Shown piece after piece: positions 24,699 to 29,194 of a stretch of DNA of 29,194 nucleotides. Numbering within the stretch: the stretch's first letter is position 1; the number at the start of each line of letters is the position of its first letter. The DNA comes from a virus. Its lineage: Duplodnaviria; Caudoviricetes. Below the pieces are notes generated by a model that saw nothing but the letters and a program-made list of their open reading frames with translations, was not told where the DNA came from and did no database searches. The stretch lies in the IMG/VR virus record IMGVR_UViG_3300012921_000054, positions 1 to 29,194 of that record; one strand, 5' to 3'. The position numbers and the translations under genes were made by a program.

Positions 24699-25171
24699 CG
24701 GGCACCTACGAGGCGCTGCGCAGGATGATGGAGCCGCTCGAGCGCCGCCTGCGCGCGATGGCGATGCGCGCCACGGTCACGCTGGTCGACGACTCGACGG
24801 ACCTTCAGGAGATCCAGGTCGAGCGGCTCGAGGGCGAGGTCCTCGACGGCTGCGAGCGCGTGGGACAGTACGGCCTCGCGAGCAATCCTCCCGTCGGTAC
24901 GCAGGCGGTAGTGATCCAGATCGGATCGAACGCGGACCACCAGGTCGTGATCGGCGTCGACGACGCCTCGCGGCCGCACCCGCTGGAGTCCGGACAGACC
25001 GTCGTCTACGACGACGCGGGCACGCAGGTGAGGCTGCTCGGCAACGGCCAGCTCGTGCTGGTTGCGTCCGCCGCAGTGACCCTCGTCGCCCCCACGGTAG
25101 CGGTGTCCGGGAATCTGATCGTGACGGGCAACGTGACGATCAACGGCACCCTCAACGGCCACGCCCCCTAA
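24695..25171 (+). CDS. Baseplate central spike (Mu gp45/P2 gpV-like)
   Basis: GGGAGG RBS; QYGLASNPPVG, LESGQTVVYD, VSGNLIVTGNVTINGTL beta-helix repeats. Confidence 0.88.
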   Translation: MTGTYEALRRMMEPLERRLRAMAMRATVTLVDDSTDLQEIQVERLEGEVLDGCERVGQYGLASNPPVGTQAVVIQIGSNADHQVVIGVDDASRPHPLESGQTVVYDDAGTQVRLLGNGQLVLVASAAVTLVAPTVAVSGNLIVTGNVTINGTLNGHAP

Positions 25172-25174
25172 GCC

Positions 25175-25651
25175 ATGCCAGACATCGCACTCATCGCCTC
25201 GGCAGACCCGCTCACGCGGATGCCGACCTTCGACGTCGCCCTCACCGACCTACCCACCGGCGCGCTCACCGTGGCGCGCGACGTGGCCACCGATGACGGA
25301 CTGAGCACCGCGCTCTACGTCTCGCTCTTCACCGACGCCTTAGCGGGCCCCGACGAGGCGGCCGATCCGACGGATACGCGCGGCTGGTGGGGCGACGAGT
25401 TCGGCCCGATCGGGAGCCGCCTTTGGCAGCTGACGCGGGGCAAGGCGACCGACGAGGCCCTCGACTTCGCGGAGACCGCGGCGCGCGACGCCCTGGCGTG
25501 GCTCGTCGACGCCGGCATCGCCGCGGAGGTGGACGTTACCGCCACTCGAATCGCGCTGCACGCCATCTCGATCGACGTGCGGATCCGTCGCCCGGGGGTC
25601 ACCGACTCCTCTTTCCGGTACGCCCTCAACTGGGCGGCCACCGTGGGATAA
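25175..25651 (+). CDS. Mu gp46-like baseplate protein
   Basis: GLSTALYVSLFTD, RGWWGD, IGSRLWQL, ALAWLVDAG. Confidence 0.93.
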   Translation: MPDIALIASADPLTRMPTFDVALTDLPTGALTVARDVATDDGLSTALYVSLFTDALAGPDEAADPTDTRGWWGDEFGPIGSRLWQLTRGKATDEALDFAETAARDALAWLVDAGIAAEVDVTATRIALHAISIDVRIRRPGVTDSSFRYALNWAATVG

Positions 25652-25655
25652 CGCC

Positions 25656-26711
25656 ATGCCAATCGAAAGACCCTCTCTCCAGACCCTCATCACGCGGATC
25701 TCCGGCGACGTGCAGGCCGGCGTAGGCGGCACGGCGCCGCTGCTTCCCACGTCCGTTCTCTCGGTCCTGGCGCGTGTGTTCGCCGGCAGCTGCCACCTCC
25801 TGTGGGGTTACCTGCAGTGGGCGTCGCGCCAGGTCATTCCCGACACCGCCGAGGCGGAGTACCTCGAGCGGTGGGCTGCGATCTACGGCATCTACCGCAC
25901 GCCGGCCACCTACGCGGCCGCGGAGATCCAGGTGGCCGGCACGAACGGCGCGACGATCCCCGCGGGCACGGTGCTCGTCGCCGCCGGTGGCTCGGAGTAC
26001 TCGAGCTCCGCCGACGTGTCGGTAGCGGGCGGCGTGGCCACGCTCGAGGTGACGGCGCTGCAGGCGGGCTCGGCCGGATCCCTGGCGGTTGGCCAGGTCC
26101 TGAACCTCCTGCAGCCGGTCGCCGGTGTCCAGCCCTCGGGAACCGTGCAGTCGGCGGGACTGACGGCAGGAGCGGACGCGGAGGCCGACGACGCGATGCG
26201 AGAGCGCCTGCTCGCGCGGATCCAGGACCCGCCGCACGGCGGCAGCCGCGCCGACTACGTCGCTTGGACGCTGGCCAACCCGGACGTCGCGCCGGCGCAG
26301 GCGTGGGTGTATCCGGGCTACGACGGCGCCGGCAGCGTCGGAGTCACCTTCGCCGTGTCGGGAGTCAGCCCGATTCCCAGCACGCCCCAGGTCGAGGCGA
26401 TGCAGGAGTATCTCGAGGAGCTCGCGCCCGTCACGGCGCGCGTCGTCGTGTTCGCGCCCGAGCTCCTCGAGGTCGACCTGACGATCCAGCTGGAGCCGGA
26501 CACGACGGCGCTGCGCGCAAACGTCGCCGCGTCGCTGGGCGATTACTTCGCGAGTAACGGCTCGCCGGGATCCACGCTCTATCTCTCTCAGATCAACGAG
26601 GCGATCGCGAGCGTTCCGGGCGTCGTCGACCACTCGCTGACGGTCCCCGCGGCGAGCATCGTGCTTGGCGCCGACGAGCTGGCCACCCTCGGTGACGTGA
26701 CGTGGATCTAA
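25656..26711 (+). CDS. Baseplate J-like wedge protein (Mu gp47)
   Basis: RPSLQTL, PDTAEAEYLERWA, GADAEADDAMRER, PPHGGSRADYVAW. Confidence 0.95.
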   Translation: MPIERPSLQTLITRISGDVQAGVGGTAPLLPTSVLSVLARVFAGSCHLLWGYLQWASRQVIPDTAEAEYLERWAAIYGIYRTPATYAAAEIQVAGTNGATIPAGTVLVAAGGSEYSSSADVSVAGGVATLEVTALQAGSAGSLAVGQVLNLLQPVAGVQPSGTVQSAGLTAGADAEADDAMRERLLARIQDPPHGGSRADYVAWTLANPDVAPAQAWVYPGYDGAGSVGVTFAVSGVSPIPSTPQVEAMQEYLEELAPVTARVVVFAPELLEVDLTIQLEPDTTALRANVAASLGDYFASNGSPGSTLYLSQINEAIASVPGVVDHSLTVPAASIVLGADELATLGDVTWI

Positions 26712-27232
26712 CCGCGTACCGACGGCAGATCCTCGCGCTCCTGCCACGTGGATCCGCTTGGCAGGGAAGTTCGCTCAGGGAGCTCGTGTCGGCCTTCGCT
26801 GCCGAAGTTCACCGAATCGCGGAAGCGGCCGCTGGCCCGGGCGGGCTCCTCGAGGAGGCGATCCCCGCGACGACGGTGGACTTGCTCACCGACTACGAGC
26901 GGCTCGTCGGCCTGCCGTATCCCGGATTCGACCTCGCCGGCACGGAAGGCCAGCGGCGGCTCGACGTCCTGGCGATCCTCATCGCGCAGGGTGGCCAGAG
27001 CAGGGCCTACTTCCTGGAGCTCGTCGCCGCCCGCGGCCACGTGGGCGCGCAGATCGAGGGCGGCTACCGGCCGTTCACGGCGGGAAGCCTCTGCGGAACG
27101 CCCCTCTACGGCGAGGCGTGGGCGTTCCACTGGCGCGTGGTCATGACGGAGCCCGGCCCCGACGATCTGCTCGAGTACCTGCTCGAGCGCTACAAACCCG
27201 CCCACACGACGGTGGGCTTCGACTACGCCTGA
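26702..27232 (+). CDS. Mu gp48/YmfQ (DUF2313)-like baseplate protein
   Basis: LLPRGSAW, LLTDYERLVGLP, GGQSRAYF, W..HW.V, YKPAHT. Confidence 0.92.
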   Translation: MDLTAYRRQILALLPRGSAWQGSSLRELVSAFAAEVHRIAEAAAGPGGLLEEAIPATTVDLLTDYERLVGLPYPGFDLAGTEGQRRLDVLAILIAQGGQSRAYFLELVAARGHVGAQIEGGYRPFTAGSLCGTPLYGEAWAFHWRVVMTEPGPDDLLEYLLERYKPAHTTVGFDYA

Positions 27233-27244
27233 AGGAGATAGCTT

Positions 27245-27796
27245 ATGTTCAGAATCGACAGCGCCGGAAACGTGGCCGGCATGTTTGCGAACGGGGATCC
27301 GGGAGCTGGCCAGCCGCCGACGGTCGTCTCCGACGAGTGGCTCAATGCCGTGCAGGAGGAGATCGCGGGCGTGGTGCTCGGGGCGGGTCTCGCACTCGAC
27401 AAGGGCAACAGCGCGCAGCTGCTCGCGGCGATAAGGGCGCTTAGAGGTCCGACGCTGCTGGGGGCGGCCGTCACGTACGAGAAGGCCGACCTCACCTTCG
27501 ACAACGCGTGGCACACCCTCGTCGTGGCGGGCGTGCCGTCGACGGCCAAGTTCATGTACGTCGGCGGGTGGGTGATGAACCAGGGCTCACCGGACAACGC
27601 GCGTCAGACGCTCAGCGTTCGAAAGGGTGCCGGCAGCGGCGCGTTCACGCTCTCCCGGACCAACGGCGTCGCCGGCGACTACGAGAACAACGGCGCGATC
27701 GGACCATGCCTCGTGCCGTGCAACGGATCCAGCATCGACTACCGGTGGTCGGACACGGTCACCGACGTGAACCTCGTGGTGCACGGGTACCTATGA
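27245..27796 (+). CDS. Short tail fibre protein (Mu gp49-like N-terminus)
   Basis: AAGGAG RBS; MFRID...FANGDP...PTVVSDEWLNAVQEEI...LDKGNSAQLLAAI; short beta-rich C-terminus. Confidence 0.85.
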   Translation: MFRIDSAGNVAGMFANGDPGAGQPPTVVSDEWLNAVQEEIAGVVLGAGLALDKGNSAQLLAAIRALRGPTLLGAAVTYEKADLTFDNAWHTLVVAGVPSTAKFMYVGGWVMNQGSPDNARQTLSVRKGAGSGAFTLSRTNGVAGDYENNGAIGPCLVPCNGSSIDYRWSDTVTDVNLVVHGYL

Positions 27797-28371
27797 CCCT
27801 CACCCGGATCCGCGTGACCAAGGCCGCCATCAAGGCGTACATCCGCGATCTCCTGCTGGCGACCGACCAAGACGGCACCTACCCGACCCTCGCCGGCGCG
27901 AACGTGATGATGGACCGGTTCAGTCCCCTCGCGACCGAGGAGCTGCCCGCGATCGTCGTGTTCGCCGTCGAGGAGACCAACGAGAAGTTCGACGACTCCA
28001 GGGATCGCCGGCAGGCGAAGATCCAGATCGAGGTGCAGGCGGGCGGGGAAGATCCCATGGCGCAGATCGACGTGATCGAGGCGCAGGCCATGGAGATCCT
28101 CAACGGCGACCCTTATCTCGGCGGCGTCGAGGACGGCATGGCCGAGTCGTGCCGCTACGGCCGCGGCCAACTCGCCTACGACGAGCGCCGGCACGTGAAC
28201 GCGCTGGCGTGGGTGATCGAGCTCGACATGGTCTACATGTTCGACACGACGCCGGAGTACCGCCCCGACCGCGTCACCGACTTCCAAGGTGTGGACGCAA
28301 CCTATGCGGACGTCCGCACCGCTCCCGCGATCGAGCCCACCGGCTCCGTCATCGACATTCCCCAACCCTAG
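27793..28371 (+). CDS. Tail terminator-like protein (lambda gpU/Mu gp37 fold), out of usual position
   Basis: ATGA overlap; IRDLL...AGANV...R.SP...ELPAIVVF..EE...IQIEV...D.I......L..DPYLGG...; C-terminal IDIPQP. Confidence 0.65.
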   Translation: MTLTRIRVTKAAIKAYIRDLLLATDQDGTYPTLAGANVMMDRFSPLATEELPAIVVFAVEETNEKFDDSRDRRQAKIQIEVQAGGEDPMAQIDVIEAQAMEILNGDPYLGGVEDGMAESCRYGRGQLAYDERRHVNALAWVIELDMVYMFDTTPEYRPDRVTDFQGVDATYADVRTAPAIEPTGSVIDIPQP

Positions 28372-28406
28372 GGCTCCACGCCCGACTTCCATTCAGGAGG
28401 CATCCT

Positions 28407-28487
28407 ATGAGACTCGCCAACAGAGGCGCCCTTCGCGGGCGGCTCCGCTTCGTGCTGCGCGGACGTCGCGCAGGGAGCGGCAATTGA
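28407..28487 (+). CDS. 26-aa Arg-rich peptide
   Basis: AGGAGG-catcct-ATG; MRLANRGALRGRLRFVLRGRRAGSGN; TGA overlaps the next gene's TTG. Confidence 0.45.
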   Translation: MRLANRGALRGRLRFVLRGRRAGSGN

Positions 28488-29194
28488 TCACGACCTCGAC
28501 CGCGGCGACCTTGCCGCAGGACCTGCCGGCAGGCTCCTTCGTGCGGGCCACGCTCGCACCCGGACTGAACGCCGTGCGGCTCGACGTCGCCGGCGAGTAC
28601 ACCGGCCGTCTCGAGCTGCTCGTCGCCTACCAGGGCGACGACGAGGTCATGCGCGTGTGGCCCGCCGCGTCGATCTCCAACCTGCTCACGCCTGGCCTGT
28701 CGGGGATCGACGCGAACGGCGCAGGCTCGTGGGCGACGACGATCCCCGGCCCCGGCTACGTGTACGTCGTGGCGCGGAGCCTCGCCAGCGGCTCGGCTAA
28801 GGCCGCCATCGGCGTGGGCCCGGCCGGCACGGACCTGTACCGAGAAGTGGGATCCGCGGCCAAGGTCCAGAACGTACGGCTCCTCGGCGTCGGCGCGGAC
28901 GTCGCCGTCGCGGGGCACTTCGTCGACGCGCAGGGCAATCGGGTGGGGGACTCCTTCGCCGGAACGGCCCCCGCGCACGACGGCGCGAGCAAGAACGCTC
29001 CGTTCCGGTTCGCGGTCGCGCTGGCCAGCTTCCCAGCGGCCGCGGTAGGAGCGCGAGTCACTCTCGACGGCGACGTGTACTGGGACGCGGTGCCTGCAGG
29101 CGATCCCGACGAGGGCGACTTCAGCGCGAACCCGACGCGGTACCAGACCGCGATCGCGGATCCGGAGTTCAACGCCTTCGGGAGGGTCGGCTAG
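28484..29194 (+). CDS. Hypothetical beta-rich protein, possibly virion-associated (236 aa)
   Basis: GGGAG RBS then TTG 28484 (TTGA overlap); high GC3; stop TAG at window end. Confidence 0.6.
   Translation: MITTSTAATLPQDLPAGSFVRATLAPGLNAVRLDVAGEYTGRLELLVAYQGDDEVMRVWPAASISNLLTPGLSGIDANGAGSWATTIPGPGYVYVVARSLASGSAKAAIGVGPAGTDLYREVGSAAKVQNVRLLGVGADVAVAGHFVDAQGNRVGDSFAGTAPAHDGASKNAPFRFAVALASFPAAAVGARVTLDGDVYWDAVPAGDPDEGDFSANPTRYQTAIADPEFNAFGRVG

Noticed and set aside
17334-27796. Transposable Mu-like phage, tailocin or eCIS
   Set aside because: Full cos/GpA head and primase replicon are present and no MuA/MuB is seen; the gpN 'DNA circularization' label is not evidence of transposition.
27245-29194. 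Diversity-generating retroelement or invertible fibre cassette
   Set aside because: No reverse transcriptase, TR/VR pair, invertase or inverted crossover sites noticed.

Overview
High-GC temperate-type phage or prophage segment, almost entirely phage genes. Left to right: (1) a leftward operon with a phage ABA-sandwich-like gene (truncated at the window edge), an HTH-less protein that appears to have two degenerate S24/LexA-type domains, and an unusual CI-like repressor; (2) a divergent Cro-like HTH and small early genes; (3) a Zn-finger/TOPRIM/AAA_25 primase-helicase followed by an iteron-and-hairpin origin candidate; (4) a late control region with a terminator, and an M15 endolysin/holin lysis cassette; (5) a lambda-like cos site and head module (Nu1-like, GpA, gpW, portal, S49 protease with nested scaffold, decoration, MCP-E); (6) a Mu/P2-like contractile tail (sheath, tube, chaperone with T6G -1 frameshift, tape measure, gpN, LysM-gpP, gp45-48, short fibre) and a displaced tail-terminator-like gene. 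The most unusual part is the immunity region (371-2860). The repressor HTH is split by a ~95-aa insertion and lacks both the Ala-Gly scissile site and the catalytic Ser. The neighbouring S24-only gene has its RBS locked in a 13-bp stem. An identical 14-nt motif sits in nutL/nutR-like positions on both divergent transcripts. All assignments are from motif recognition and synteny by eye; no searches were run. No integrase or att site is visible in the window.
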